A stretch of DNA of 64,000 nucleotides from Octopus sinensis. Taxonomy: Eukaryota. Positions 1 through 11,722 of the stretch are shown here, in pieces. A program made the translations under genes and the position numbers. Every line of letters begins with the position of its first letter. The first letter of the stretch is position 1. The DNA is taken from NCBI RefSeq assembly GCF_006345805.1, contig NC_043019.1, forward strand, positions 31,309,360 through 31,373,359, read 5' to 3'. The notes beneath the pieces are model-generated. The model saw only the letters and a program-made list of their open reading frames with translations, was not told the DNA's origin and made no database searches.

Positions 1-469
1 TATATAATGTATTCATAGTAAAATAATATATGCGGTTTGGGCTATACCATTTGATGGTAATTAGGTTTGTTATATACCTTGTGATTGGCACCATCAATAT
101 ATTTCATGTCAGTGTTAATCAATGGTGGTGATCCATAACAAAGTTTTGGTGGCTAATGATGAGTTTTAGATCTTAACGTGTTGCATTATGCAATTAAAAT
201 TGACTTTATAATTGGTAGTTCATTAGACTTTCCTTAATTAATTTTGAGGACCATTTTCTGGAAAGGGTTGTCTTTAACTAAGCATAGGCAGATATTCTTT
301 CCACTATAGGAACCAAGCCTGAAACTTGGGAGTCAGGAGCTAGTCAATTACATTAACCCCAGTGCTCAACTGGTACTTACTTCATTGACTCTGGATGGAT
401 AAAAGTGACCTGCTGTGCTTGAGGAGACCTATTGAGTCAAGTACATCAACATCAAAATAATAAATCAAT

Positions 470-740
470 GGAAATCGTTATGCCGGTGGCATGTAAAATA
501 CATCATCCGAATGTGGTGGATGTTGCCAGCCTCCTCTGGCCCCTGTGCTGGTGGAACGTAAAAAGCACCCACTACAGTTACAGAGTGGTTGGCTTTAGGA
601 AGGGCATCCAGCTGTAGAAACACTGCCAGATCAGACTGGTGCCTGGTGCAGCCTCCTGGCTTCCCAGACCCTGGTTGAACCATCCAACCTTTGCTAGCAT
701 GGAAAACGAACATTAAATGATGATGATGATGATGATGATA
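470..740 (+). mobile_element. Repeat family B: LINE/SINE 3' end with (GAT)n tail (RTE-like by inference)
   Basis: Contains the GGAAGGGCATCCAGCTGTAGAAAC...GCATGGAAAACGAACATTAAA core and ends in (TGA)n. The same core recurs at more than 8 places in the window. Confidence 0.75.
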
Positions 741-742
741 TG

Positions 743-788
<46 letters not shown>

Positions 789-1312
789 GTGCATGTGTAT
801 CTTTGTGTCTGTATTTGTGCCCCCACCATCACTTGACAGCAAAAAGGACCGATAGAATAAATACTAGGCTTACAACGAATAAGTCCATAAGTGTCCTCGG
901 CGGCAATTTCTTCAACAAAAAGAAAAAAGAAACCTTTTAAGGCAGTGCTCCAGTATGGTCACAATCAAATGACTGAAACAAGTAAGAGAATTATAGAATA
1001 AAAGAATAAAAGAATAAACACTTTGTCCAACATGCCAATAATTCAACCAGTTCACCACCTTGAAGTGTAAATAGCAGATAAGCTATGTTCAGAGTGGATT
1101 GAATGAGGATGGCATCTGTGGTGTGTATTTGCTATGTGATGTGTGACAGGTGTTTTAGTGCCAGGTAAAGATTATGTGGAGTATGTGCAGATATATTATA
1201 TGGAATGATAATTGCACCTGGTGTTATGTGATTTTTATGTCAAAATGTGGAATTTATTTATCATTTTTTTCTTTTAATAATTACCATTATTAACGTTGCT
1301 GTTATTTTCTAG

Positions 1313-1349
1313 CATTGTTGTGTTATGGAAAAGGTGATGCAGTTTGCAG
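1313..1349 (+). CDS. Candidate 37-nt internal exon (xLLCYGKGDAVC), unidentified gene
   Basis: Pyrimidine-rich acceptor ...gttattttctag and donor CAG|gtaaag in unique sequence. Phase-compatible with 2156-2198. No homolog recognised. Confidence 0.3.
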
Positions 1350-1384
1350 GTAAAGCTGCGAGAACATCTAATCGTAACGTGGAT

Positions 1385-1945
1385 GTGTTTGCTTGTACAT
1401 GTACATGTGTGTGTTTGTGTGTGTGCAAATGTGTATGTGTGTGTGCATGTGCATGTTTGTACATGTGTGTATATGAGTGTGTGCGTGTGTCAGTGTATGT
1501 AAGTGTGTGAGTGTGCATGTGTGAATGTGTGTGTGTATGTTGTGTGTGGATGCACATACATGAGTGTATGTGTTGTGTGTGAATGTGTGCATGTGTGTGT
1601 GTTAGTGGATTGTGTGTGAATGTGCATGCGTGAGTTTGCATGTGTAAGTGTGCATGTGTGAGTGTGTGAGTGTGTGTGTGTGTGCAAATGTATGTGCTTA
1701 CACATGTGTATGTATACATGCTTGTACATGTATGTGTCAGTGTGCCATACACAAGTGTGAGTGTGTGTGTGAATCCTCATGTGAATGCATTTGAATGTGT
1801 CTGTGTGTGCTTATGCATATGTGCAAGTGCGTGTGTGTGCGCGTGAGTGAGAGTGTGTATGTATGAATGCTTGTACATGTATGCATGTGTGTGTGTGCAT
1901 ACATATTTGTACATGCACATGTGTTTGTATGTGCACATATGTGCA
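1385..1945. repeat. Degenerate (GT)n/(GTGTGCAT) microsatellite tract
   Basis: Continuous GT-rich low-complexity sequence. Confidence 0.95.
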
Positions 1946-2155
1946 CATTTGCAGCTTTGCTTTCATTGAATTCGATATTTCCTCCCACCCCACTCCACCC
2001 CCCACCCTTTCTTGTAGTTATTATTGTTGATTTTCTCCTATTGTTGTATTTTATTTATTTATTTATTTCACCCAGAAAAGAAAGTTTCTAAAACCATTTT
2101 CTTCTCATTTATTTCCCTCTGACATATTCTTGCCTGGAATTTTTTCCGTTTGCAG

Positions 2156-2198
2156 AATTTCAGAATATATTGAAAACGAAAAGAATGCTACACTCTAA
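2156..2198 (+). CDS. Candidate terminal coding exon (R)ISEYIENEKNATL*
   Basis: Strong acceptor ttttttccgtttgcag| and TAA at 2196-2198. Joins 1313-1349 in phase 2. Confidence 0.3.
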
Positions 2199-2204
2199 AA
2201 CTCA

Positions 2205-2600
2205 ACTCATTCTCATCCTCCTCCACTCGCACTACCCCCAGCCTCCTGCAGTCACACTACTTTCACTTGCCTAGCTTCACTCACCTTCCTCCCTTTCCCA
2301 ACTCACAATATTTTCTCTCACTCTCCTCCACTCACACTATCTTCACTCACAATCCTCCACTCACACTATCTTCACTAGCCTCCTTTCCTCACCTTCTCTC
2401 ACTCATACTACTTTCACTCACCAACCCACCTCCACTCACACCACCTTCACTCACATTTCTCCACTCACACTAGCTTCTCTCTTACTCTTTTGCCTCATAT
2501 CTACAAGTATGTAGTTGCCACAACTGTCTTTCTTCCATTACTCTCCTCAGCACTATCACTCTTCCAACACTAAACTCACATACACAACTCATTCTGTTTC
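2205..2600. repeat. C/T/A-rich (CACT/CTTCACT-like) cryptic repeat
   Basis: Recurrent ctcactcac/cttcact motifs, almost no G. Confidence 0.8.
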
Positions 2601-2859
2601 TCCCATCGCATTCTTGTTCTTCTCTTCCAGCCATCCCTGCTATGCTGTCATCACTTCCTCATTTATTTACCCCACCTCTTAGTCACACAGTCTTAAATGG
2701 AAAGAAACACCAAAGGGTTCAAAGAAAGCTTTTTAATGCTGCTGAGGACACAACAACATCTCTGATGTTGGTGCCATGATAAGATGCACCCATTACAAGC
2801 TGTAAAGTAGTTTCTGTCAGGAAGGACACCCAGTTGTAGAAACTGTGCCAATATTGGTT

Positions 2860-3075
2860 TCAAATATTGGCACAGGGCCTGCAATTTTTGGGAGATGGGT
2901 AAGTCAATTACATCAACTCCAGTTTTCAACTGGTACTTATTTTATCAACCCAGAAAGGGATGAAAGGCAAAGTCAACCTTGGCAAAATTAGAACTCAGAA
3001 CCAGAACAGAAAGACGGACGAAATACTGCCAAGCATTTTACCTGGTATGCTAATGATTCTGCCAGGTTGCTGCCT
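2860..3075 (-). mobile_element. SINE family A (tRNA-like head GGCGGCGAGCTGGCAGAA)
   Basis: Matches the GGATGAAAGGCAAAGTCAACCT...GAACTCAGAA core shared by more than 12 copies. Confidence 0.75.
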
Positions 3076-3310
3076 TAAAGTTTACCAATACTGGAATATA
3101 GAAGTGAGTTACATTTCTCTGTGCTGTCTTTACAAGGAGTGTCTCTGAATAAGAAGTGGCTCAAACCATGATGCTTCATGCCAATATGGAAAGTGGACAT
3201 AAGATAGATGATGATGATGATGATGTTAAATGATAATAATGAGGATGACGACTACTTCAAAGTAAAACTTTCTAGAATTTTGATCTTACTTTAAGTTTTA
3301 ATACGCACAT

Positions 3311-4080
3311 GTAGGCATGGCCATGTGGATGAGAAGCTCACTTGAGAAACATGTGGTTTGGGATTCAGTGTGAGAACTTTGGCAAGTGTCTTCTGTTATG
3401 ACCTTGGGGCATCCAATGTTTTTTGAGTTGATTTGGTAAATGGGAACTGTGTGGAAGCACATTATATGTGTGCGGGTGCGTGTGTCCTTGTGCAAGTGCG
3501 CGTGCCCTTGTGTGAGTGTGTGTGCATATGTCTTTGTGCGAGTGCAAGTATTCCTCTGTGTGTGTGTCCTACTGCAAGTGCATGTGTCCTTCTGAGAGTG
3601 CGTGTGTCTTTCTGTTAGTGCATGTGTCCTTCCGTAAGTGCGTGTATCCTTGTGCGGGAGCATGTGTCTTTGTGCGAGTGCGTGTGTCCTTCTGTGAGTA
3701 TATGTGTCCTGCGAATACATGTATCCTTTTGCGAGTGCATGTGTCATTGTGTGACAGTGTGTGTCCTTCTGCAAGTGTATGTGTCCTTGTGTGAAAGCAT
3801 GTGTCCTTGTCTGAGTGCATGTGTCCTTGTCCTTGTGTGTCCTTCTCTGAGTGCATGTGTCCTTGTGTGTCCTTGTGTGTCCTTGTGTTTATGCTTGTTT
3901 CATAGACTACTCGACAGCCAGTGTTAATGTCCTCATAACTTAGTGGTTCGGCATCAGGAGTCCAATAAAATAAGTACCAGACTTAAAAACAAGTAAATAC
4001 TGGGATTAATTTGTTTGACCAAACCCTTCCAAATGGTGCTCCAGTATGGCTGCAATCCAATGACTGAAACAAACAATAGA
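3311..4080 (+). mobile_element. SINE family C with ~430-bp internal GTGTCCTT minisatellite expansion
   Basis: Degenerate family-C head at 3311-3460, minisatellite at 3465-3890, tail with TAAGTACCAGACTTAAA...GGTGCTCCAGTATGGC...GACTGAAAC. Confidence 0.7.
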
Positions 4081-4494
4081 TGGAAAAATAAATTTTCATC
4101 TTACATTAAATTTTATTACGCAAACGCAAAACCTGCAAATTGTCCAACACACACTCTTTTTATCGCTTTTTACTCATACACATTCACGCACACACAAACA
4201 CAAACACATATACACACGCACACTCATACAAACTGGCACATACATAAAAGTAGAGATGTTTACACACATACTTATAATCGCATACTTACATATATATAAC
4301 TACACACGCACGCATTCATATACGTACACGTTCATTCAGACAAGCACACATGCATAAACACAGATGGACTCACAGCCACATTTACGCACAGATGGAAAAT
4401 TGTACTTAACGAAAAGCCATGAATATTCTTATCATACACACTCAAATGTGTGTATACATATTTCTATCTAAAGCCAATGATTATATCAGATTAA

Positions 4495-4679
4495 ATACAT
4501 ACATACATACATACATACATATGTATACTTATATATACATATATATACTAACATACATATATATATATATAATATATATATGCATATATATGTGTATATG
4601 TGTGTGTGTGTTTATGTGCACATGTCTCTTTCTCTGTGTGTATATACATACATGTACCATGTACACATACATACATACA

Positions 4680-4713
<34 letters not shown>

Positions 4714-4893
4714 CATACATGCATACATATATATATATATATATATTCATATATTTTCATATATAAACATTTATATATATATATATGCATAAACTTACAT
4801 GTATATATATATATATATATTGTATGCATATATATATATATTGCATATATATATGTACATATATATATATATATAATATATATATATATATAT

Positions 4894-4935
<42 letters not shown>

Positions 4936-5214
4936 ATATATATATGCATATATATGTGTATATGTGTGTGTGTGTGTTTATGTGCACATGTCTCTTTCTC
5001 TGTGTGTATATACATACATGTACCATGTACACATACATACATACATACATACAACATACATACATACATACATATATACATACATGCATACATATATATA
5101 TATATATATTCATATATTTTCATATATAAACATTTATATATATATATATGCATAAACTTACATGTATATATATATATATATATTGTATGCATATATATAT
5201 ATTGCATATATATA

Positions 5215-5283
<69 letters not shown>

Positions 5284-5320
5284 TTATGTACGTATGTATG
5301 TATGAACATAAACATTTATA
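4495..5320. repeat. Compound (TA)n/(TACA)n tract containing a ~365-bp tandem duplication
   Basis: The unique-like core gtgcacatgtctctttctctgtgtgtatatacatacatgtaccatgtac occurs at ~4617 and ~4982. Confidence 0.9.
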
Positions 5321-5474
5321 TATAGCTCTTCCATCTTGCAACTGCTTTTTGTGAAATTTTCTATCTACTGGTGCATGAATGGATGGCAGTATATATATAC
5401 TTTTTTTTTAGAAAATCTATTTAAGAAAATTACATGTCTTATTTGTCTGATTATTGCTTTTATTATGAATATGG

Positions 5475-5720
5475 ATATACATACATACATACACACATAC
5501 ATACATACATACATACATACATACATACATACATACATACATACATACATACATACATACATACATACACACATACATACATACATACATACATACATAC
5601 ATACATACATGCATACATATATATATATGTACATACACAGACACACACACATATATGTATATGTATATATATGTATGTATACACGAACATATCCTTGTGT
5701 ATGTGTGTGTGTGTGTGTAT
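5475..5720. repeat. (TACA)n microsatellite
   Basis: Long near-perfect ATAC run. Confidence 0.95.
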
Positions 5721-6045
5721 TCACCACCAAACATCTGTTAATGCTAAAATTGATTCCACATAATGTCTTCGAGTTGTCGGAATTAATTTTCAGCTATTTT
5801 TAATATATTGCCAAAAATAGCATTCCAGCAGCATTCTCTTTTACACACACACACACACACACAAACACAAACACACACACGCATACACACACACACACAC
5901 ACGTATGCATATATATCTATATATTTCTTTATTTATTCTATTTTAACACCCAACTATAATAATTGTGTTGGGAAAATTTTACAGCATTATTAATGAATAA
6001 TGGAAACGTAAAGTGCGTTGTTTGTATACTTTATATGAAAACCGC

Positions 6046-6217
6046 TCAATTTATGAAGTGAAGTAGCGTGAATAATATTTTGTTTAAGACCACAAATATT
6101 AAATGCTGTTTGCTATTATCATCTACAAGCATCGTGTTAGCAATTTTACAGCTTTTGATGTTCCTTTCTTCTATAATATGTTTAGCAAGTGGTTTTTCTT
6201 TGAAACTCTCTCTCTGT
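6046..6217 (-). CDS. Candidate terminal exon (R)QRESFKEKPL...HLIFVVLNKILFTLLHFIN*
   Basis: Acceptor tttttttttcaag| in the frame of track ORF 6046-6270, unique TE-free sequence, hydrophobic C-terminus, AATAAA on the minus strand at ~5928-5937. Confidence 0.35.
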
Positions 6218-6424
6218 CTTGAAAAAAAAATTGATGGCGTTACATTTTTGTTGGAGTGTTTAAAACACAAGTATCATTTTTTTTTATGTTTTTTTTTTTT
6301 CTCCCTTCTTTTATGTGTTTTTCTTTTTTTATTTTGTATCAGTCATAGGACTGCAAATGAGCTGAGGGTACTGTCTTGAAGGTTTGCATTGGGACCCCTT
6401 AGCATCGAAGACCGATGATTGTCC

Positions 6425-6465
6425 TGCGCTGACGACGGGTAGATACCCAGAAACTCGGGTCTGTG
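6425..6465 (+). ncRNA. Type I hammerhead ribozyme-like motif
   Basis: tgcg CTGACGA C GGGTA-GA-TACCC A GAAAC TCGG GTC tgtg: full core, stem II and GUC triplet. Stem I is only G-U rich. Confidence 0.6.
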
Positions 6466-6662
6466 TGTATCACGTCAGGTCGACGATGGGAAGGATGGCT
6501 TCCCTTTGCAAATACTGATAGGGCACAGAAAGTGTGTCAATAGCCAGCTGGAGAAGATGTTCTCCTGGGGCTACAAGTTACAGTAGCATCCACCCTTAGT
6601 GGTTAGCCACATTTAAGTGGCAAATATATGTCACGTATATATACATATATATATATATATAT

Positions 6663-6860
6663 ATCATCATCATCATCATCATCGTTTAACGTCCGCCTTC
6701 CACGCTAGCATGGGTTGGACGATTTTGACTGAGGGCTGGCGAACGAGACGGCCGCACCAGGCTCCAATCTTGATCTGGCAGAGTTTCTACAGCTGGATGG
6801 CCTTCCTAACGCCAACCACTCTGAGAGTGTAGTGGGTGCTTTTTACGTGCCATCGGCATA
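6663..6860 (-). mobile_element. Repeat family B, (GAT)n-tailed
   Basis: (CAT)n followed by CGTTTAACGTCCGC...TTTCTACAGCTGGATGGCCTTCC. CpG retained, so probably a young copy. Confidence 0.8.
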
Positions 6861-6899
6861 TATATATACACACACACACACAGACACACACAAATATTC

Positions 6900-7065
6900 A
6901 TACACTGGGCTTCTCTTAGTTTCCAGCTTCCAAATGAACTCACAAGGCTTTGGTCAGCCTAGTACTATAGTAGAAGACAGTTTCCCATGGTACCACATTG
7001 TGGGACTGAACCTGGAACTATGAGGTTAGGAAGCAAGCCTCTCACCACACAACCATACCTGCCAG
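6900..7065 (-). mobile_element. SINE family C head
   Basis: Reverse complement of GTGGTGAGAGGCTTGCTTCC...GTTCAGTCCCAC...CTTCTACTATAG. Confidence 0.75.
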
Positions 7066-7159
7066 AATACTTGCATATTTATTTATTTAAATTTATATTA
7101 TAATCTATGAACAATAGTCACATTAGTTACCAGCTTCCAGTTACATTTTATATGCATTA

Positions 7160-7518
7160 TCTCTCTCTATATAAACGGCAGTTTGTCTGTGTGTCTGTTT
7201 GGTTGCACCCTCACTCTGACCACGGCTTTCAACCGATTCTGAGGAAACTTGATACACACATAGCCCAATGTCATTATTCAAAACTAACGCAGCGAAAATT
7301 TTGAAAAGTTCCCCCAGTTCTGAAAAAAATCGATAAATTCGACATGGGGTCGAGAATCAGAAACACAAACCGCAGACTGTCTAGGGGACGCAACTCGACC
7401 TTTTAACTCTCAAAAAAATTTACCATCATTTTTTTCCCATTTTTTGGCTATAACTCTCTAAAAATGCTTTATAGTTATTTCCCTTACAAACCCGAGCAAC
7501 GCCGGGTGATACTGCTAG
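7160..7518 (+). mobile_element. Non-autonomous Helitron (~360 bp)
   Basis: Begins A|TC (TCTCTCTCTATATAAACGGCAG). Subterminal hairpin CCCGAGCAACGCCGGG at 7491-7506, ends CTAG|T, no TSD. Confidence 0.85.
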
Positions 7519-7863
7519 TATACCATAAAAGCACATGTAATTTATGCACTTTTTTCACAAAAGCAAAATAACCTTTAGCGGGTACGTAAATTACATGAGT
7601 AGATTGTTACCAAATTGTTTTTAGAAAATTTTTTTGTTGAAAAATGACGTACTACTGTAAACATTTGCATGGGAAATTGACTCAGTTAATGTCAGAATAG
7701 GTTTTTACAGAAGAAATATAATAAAATTGACTTTTATTTATGCTGGACAATGTAATGCTTATTTTTTTCGCTAAAAAAATTTACTAAAACCATTAAATGT
7801 TTAACTACTTTTTGAAATTTGACATTCATGCTGGCCATATTTTACATTGCTTGGAGTTTCTAC

Positions 7864-8097
7864 CTACTGCAATGGAGCCCAGCAATTTCCTTAAATAGAT
7901 CAGTTATCCTCCGCTTAGGGAGTTTAGCTTGTGTTTGCATCAGGAAGCTATTTGCTCGCTTTGTCCGCATTACAACACAATGAAATTCATCACTGCCGAC
8001 ATCGCCACTGCCAGTCTTACTGCATCTAATGTCAATGACAACATCATAATTCATTCTTGTACATGTAAACTCACTAAGTGAATATGACTTAGCATTC
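7864..8097 (-). CDS. Candidate 234-nt symmetric (phase 2-2) exon NAKSYSLSEFTCTRMNYDVV...KEIAGLHCS
   Basis: tttctgtag| acceptor and AG|gtaga donor, open for 78 codons, phase-compatible with 6046-6217 and 9119-9130. No homolog recognised. Confidence 0.35.
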
Positions 8098-8331
8098 CTA
8101 CAGAAACCTTCATTTATCTTAAATGATGTTTAATGCCATTTCACATTCATGTTGAATTATGCAGCAATCTTATGTTCTCTTCATAGAACACTTGTAATGT
8201 ATGTATTACCAGTTCTTTTGGTATAATAGATTTTTGATGTTCTTGTTTATGTCTCCTGACAGACATGTATATTCTAACAAGTCACTTCTTAAATTTCGCA
8301 CCTCTCTTGGTTATTATTTGATTCTTCAATC

Positions 8332-8835
8332 CACATGATTTTCACTCGGATTTTTTTTTGCCTGTAATCAAGTACCCTGACCTCCTAATATGCTTCAAAC
8401 TCCTTATTTTTGTTCAGAAAAATAGGATGAGGCTGGGGAGAACCCCCCCCCTTCCTATCCTGGAATCATTGGAAATTTTTTCTTTTGTTTAATGAATTCC
8501 AGTGACCTCCTTATATGCTACATAACTCTTCTTTAGGTCCGGAAAATGAGGTGGGCTGAGGTGGAAGCCTCATAAATTTCACCCCCATTGATCTTTTCAC
8601 CTGCACGATTTTCACTAAGAAAGAAAAAAAATCGGGTTTTTTGCATGGAATCAAGTACCCTGACCTCCTAATATGCTGCAAATCTCTTATTTTTGTCCGG
8701 AAAAAAGGTGAGGTGGGAAACTGGACCCCCCGCCATATCCCAGAATCATCAGAAATTTTTTTTTTCCATCGACTGAATTCCAATGGGTCCAGCAAATGGA
8801 GTTGGGTGGAACTCCCGGAAATTTCACCCCCACTC
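8332..8835. repeat. Two diverged tandem units (~283 bp), probably a DNA-transposon subterminal region
   Basis: Exact 29-mer AATCAAGTACCCTGACCTCCTAATATGCT at 8366 and 8649 with homologous flanks. Confidence 0.75.
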
Positions 8836-9118
8836 CAATTTTCAAATATTTTTTGCTATTTCTTTCTTTACCCATAATTTTAGATGACATTTTGCAGAAA
8901 TACATTTTTGAGAGTGTGTATTATTACATTAGACTGAAAATTCAAAGAAGTTTGAAATGAAAAGTGAAGATGCAGAGATTATAGAAGTTAACAGTAACAA
9001 AGTGAGTGGAGAGATAAAGAATGATGAATTCATCTTAAAAAAACATGTGAGAGTTTTTGCGTGTATGTGTGAAACAAAATAAAAGTATAATATTAAAACA
9101 AAAATATCTTTTTCCTAC

Positions 9119-9130
9119 CTCTTAAAATCA
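9119..9130 (-). CDS. Candidate 12-nt microexon (xDFKR)
   Basis: tttttttatattatatccag|TGATTTTAAGAG|gtagga, phase 2-2. Confidence 0.2.
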
Positions 9131-9254
9131 CTGGATATAATATAAAAAAATATTCCCAAGTAGATTTTCCCTTTGCAATTTTTGGCACCGAAATGTGTTT
9201 CCTTTTTGTGTGGAGAGATAATTATTATTATATTATTATTATTATTATTATTAT

Positions 9255-9472
9255 TAAGGTGGAGAGCTGGCAGAATTGTTGGCTTGCTGGGTGACATGCT
9301 TAGCGGTATTTCACCCATTGCTACCTTCTGAGTTCGGGTTCCACCAAGGTTGACTTTGCCTTACACCCTTTCGGGGTCGATAAAATAGGTGCCAGTTGGG
9401 TGCTGGGGGTCTATGTGAATGAACCATCCCCTCCCGCAAAATTGCTGCCCTCGTGGCAAAATTTGAAACCAT
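9255..9472 (+). mobile_element. SINE family A, full length
   Basis: Head GGTGGAGAGCTGGCAGAA, B-box-like GAGTTCGGGTTCC, family core and AAATTTGAAACC tail. Confidence 0.8.
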
Positions 9473-9844
9473 ATCTTGGGGTTGTATGAGAAGTTTGTCA
9501 TGAAGAAAGTACTTTCATTGCCAACTTGAGATGTTGTTCTCTTTGCTTCCAGCATTGTGTTTATTTGTTTTTGTTGCTGTCATTTAGCAGGTGCTGTCTG
9601 AGAGATACTTTATGATATTCGAAGGTTGTCTGTACTGTTCTCAAGCAGTCAAACTAAAGTGTTTGACCTGAGCCAGAAAAAAAAAAAAGTGCAATAGGTG
9701 TACAACAACATGTAGTAAATAAATAGGGAAAAAATGTGCATTGGTGAACAGGAAGCAGGGGAGACGACTCAGGAAATTCATACAATCAATCTCACGGCAT
9801 CCAAAAACTCAATGTTAACACCCACTCACAAAAATGAAAAAAAA

Positions 9845-10300
9845 ATATAATGTAATAGGTGTAAAACAACAGGGACATAAACACACCAACACCAGCTGTC
9901 GAGCAGTGGTGGGGGACAAACACAGATGCAAACACACACACACACATGATGGGCTTCTTTTAGTTTCCATCTGCTTTGGTTGGCCTGAGGCTATAGTAGA
10001 AGATACTTGGCCAAGGTGCCATGCAGTGGGACTGAACCTAGAATCATGTTTTTGGGAAGCAAGCTTTTTATTTCTTTAGTGCCCACAAGGGGCTACACAC
10101 AGAGGGGACAAACAAGGACAGACAAATGGATTAAGTTGATTATATTGACATCAGTGCATAACTGGTACTTATTTAATCCACCCTAAAAGGATGAAAGGCA
10201 AAGTCAACCTCAGCAGTATTTGAACTCAGAATGCAAAGACGGACGAAATACCGTTAAGCATTTTGCCCGCTGTGCTAACGATCCTGCAAGCTTCTTACCA
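9845..10300 (-). mobile_element. Adjacent SINE family C fragment (9845-10055) and SINE family A (10070-10300)
   Basis: Reverse-complement matches to both family cores. Confidence 0.75.
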
Positions 10301-10459
10301 CACAACCACAATTGGAGCAATAGGATAATTACAATGCTTAAAAAATAAATAAGTAAGTACTGGGGTCTATTCAATCAGCTAAAAGATTCTTCAAGGCGGT
10401 GCCCCAGCATGGCCGTGGTCTTATGACTGAAACTAGTGAAAGATAGTAGACGATATTCA

Positions 10460-11410
10460 ACAATCAAATATGAGTATTTCTTTTGGCTAAATTCCATTCC
10501 TAGATCAGCTGAAAATGCTGTTATTACCTCCAGCTGCTTTTTGGCCTTATAAGCATTCTTATCATAGATTTGTAGGTCATCTAAAAGAGAAATCCTAGGC
10601 TTCTTGGTGCTTCTAGCAGTCACAGACTGACATGTACATTGATCTTTTGTAAATGAAATGATAATGGATTTAATGTCAAACTGAAAAGAATTAGAGAAAA
10701 CCTATCTCTTTGGAATATTTCCTATTGAAATATTTATAACTGAAGAAACAATCATTCTGCTCTCAGTTGTAAGCATAAAGATTGTTGACCTGGTCTTTGT
10801 GAGACTTTCAGTGGAAATGACTAAAGCAGCAAGTACATTTGCTGAGTGCTGAGACTTCAGCACCCATGTGTGGAAGATAGAAGTGAATGCTTTATTGTAT
10901 TCCAACCATACTGCCATAAGGTTTCTGTAATGCTTTCTTTAGGCAGCATAGACCAGTGGTTCTCAACCAGGGTCCATATAAGATTTTTGTGGGGTTGGGG
11001 TCCACGTAATAAAATAGTAAATTGGGGATCCACATTAGTATTTTAAGGGCCCTTGAAATAATTTTTCTTTAGATGTACAGGATGGCCCAAAAGTAGGTTT
11101 ACAGTTATTCAATTTTGGGCCTTGTACTGAGAGTAGAAAAGTATAGCTTTGTTGATCAAAAGTTCTTTGGCTCATCCCCATTCTCAGTTCTTCCAACTTA
11201 TCTGCTCATCAGATATAATGTTGTTGAACTCACAATAATCCTGGAAGAATTGGCAGAGACAGCTTTGTAAAGCTGGTAAGTAATGTTTAAGCAAGCAATC
11301 AACCAACAATTTGCTGCCAACTTGTCAGTGTTGCTCTTAGCTACATGATTCCTCCATGCTACAACCAGCCAGTTTGGTTTGTCAATCTGACCTTCCAGCA
11401 ATAGTGAGGT
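10460..11410 (-). pseudogene. Degenerate non-LTR reverse transcriptase (R4/Dong-like, RLE-type clade), interrupted at ~10946-11135
   Basis: Frameshifted motifs in the expected order: CWLIACLNITYQL (cf. YRPITCLNTLYKL), EQ...KELLINKAIL, RNLMAVWLEYNKAF, ISLLDDLQIYDKN...FSADLGMEF (cf. LLYMDDLKLY...FSDDIGMEFG). Confidence 0.8.
10954..11125. mobile_element. DNA-transposon ends inserted in the RT relic: hAT/Charlie-type end CAGTGGTTCTCAACC and a tiny TcMar-type remnant
   Basis: CAGTGGTTCTCAACC at 10954. TA-CAGGATGGCCCAAAAG at ~11076 with a degenerate TTTTGGGCC partner at ~11113. Confidence 0.5.
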
Positions 11411-11484
11411 CACCAGGTAACTTGCCAGACAAGACCCCTCAAATGTAGTGAGTAGTATTGAGGGACAACAGGCTTCTTTCAGTT

Positions 11485-11722
11485 TCTTATTTCTTTATTG
11501 CCCACAAGGGGCTAAACATAGAAAGGAGAAACAAGGGCAGACGGAGGGATTAAGTCGATTACATCGACACCAGTACATAACTGGTACTTAATTTATTGAC
11601 CCCGAAAGGATGAAAGGCAAAGTTGACCTTGGCGGAATTTGAACTCAGAACATAACGGCAGCCGAAATACCACTAGGCATTTCACCCGGCGTGCTAATGT
11701 TTCTGCCAGCTCGCCACCTTGT
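11485..11722 (-). mobile_element. SINE family A, young full-length copy
   Basis: CpG-rich and close to the family consensus, with tail ...CCCCTTGTGGGCAATAAAGAAA. Confidence 0.85.

Noticed and set aside
7930-7970. RTKR-ANSFL looks like a vitamin K-dependent Gla propeptide junction
   Set aside because: No Glu-rich Gla domain (EE..LERECxEE) follows.
7870-8300. hAT (Charlie/ZBED5-type) transposase relic suggested by CCIIQHE, VMNFI and FLMQTQAK..LSGG fragments
   Set aside because: Motif spacings (~190 and ~40 nt) do not match the expected ~90 and ~70 nt, and a single clean AG/GT-bounded frame explains the region more simply. Not fully excluded.
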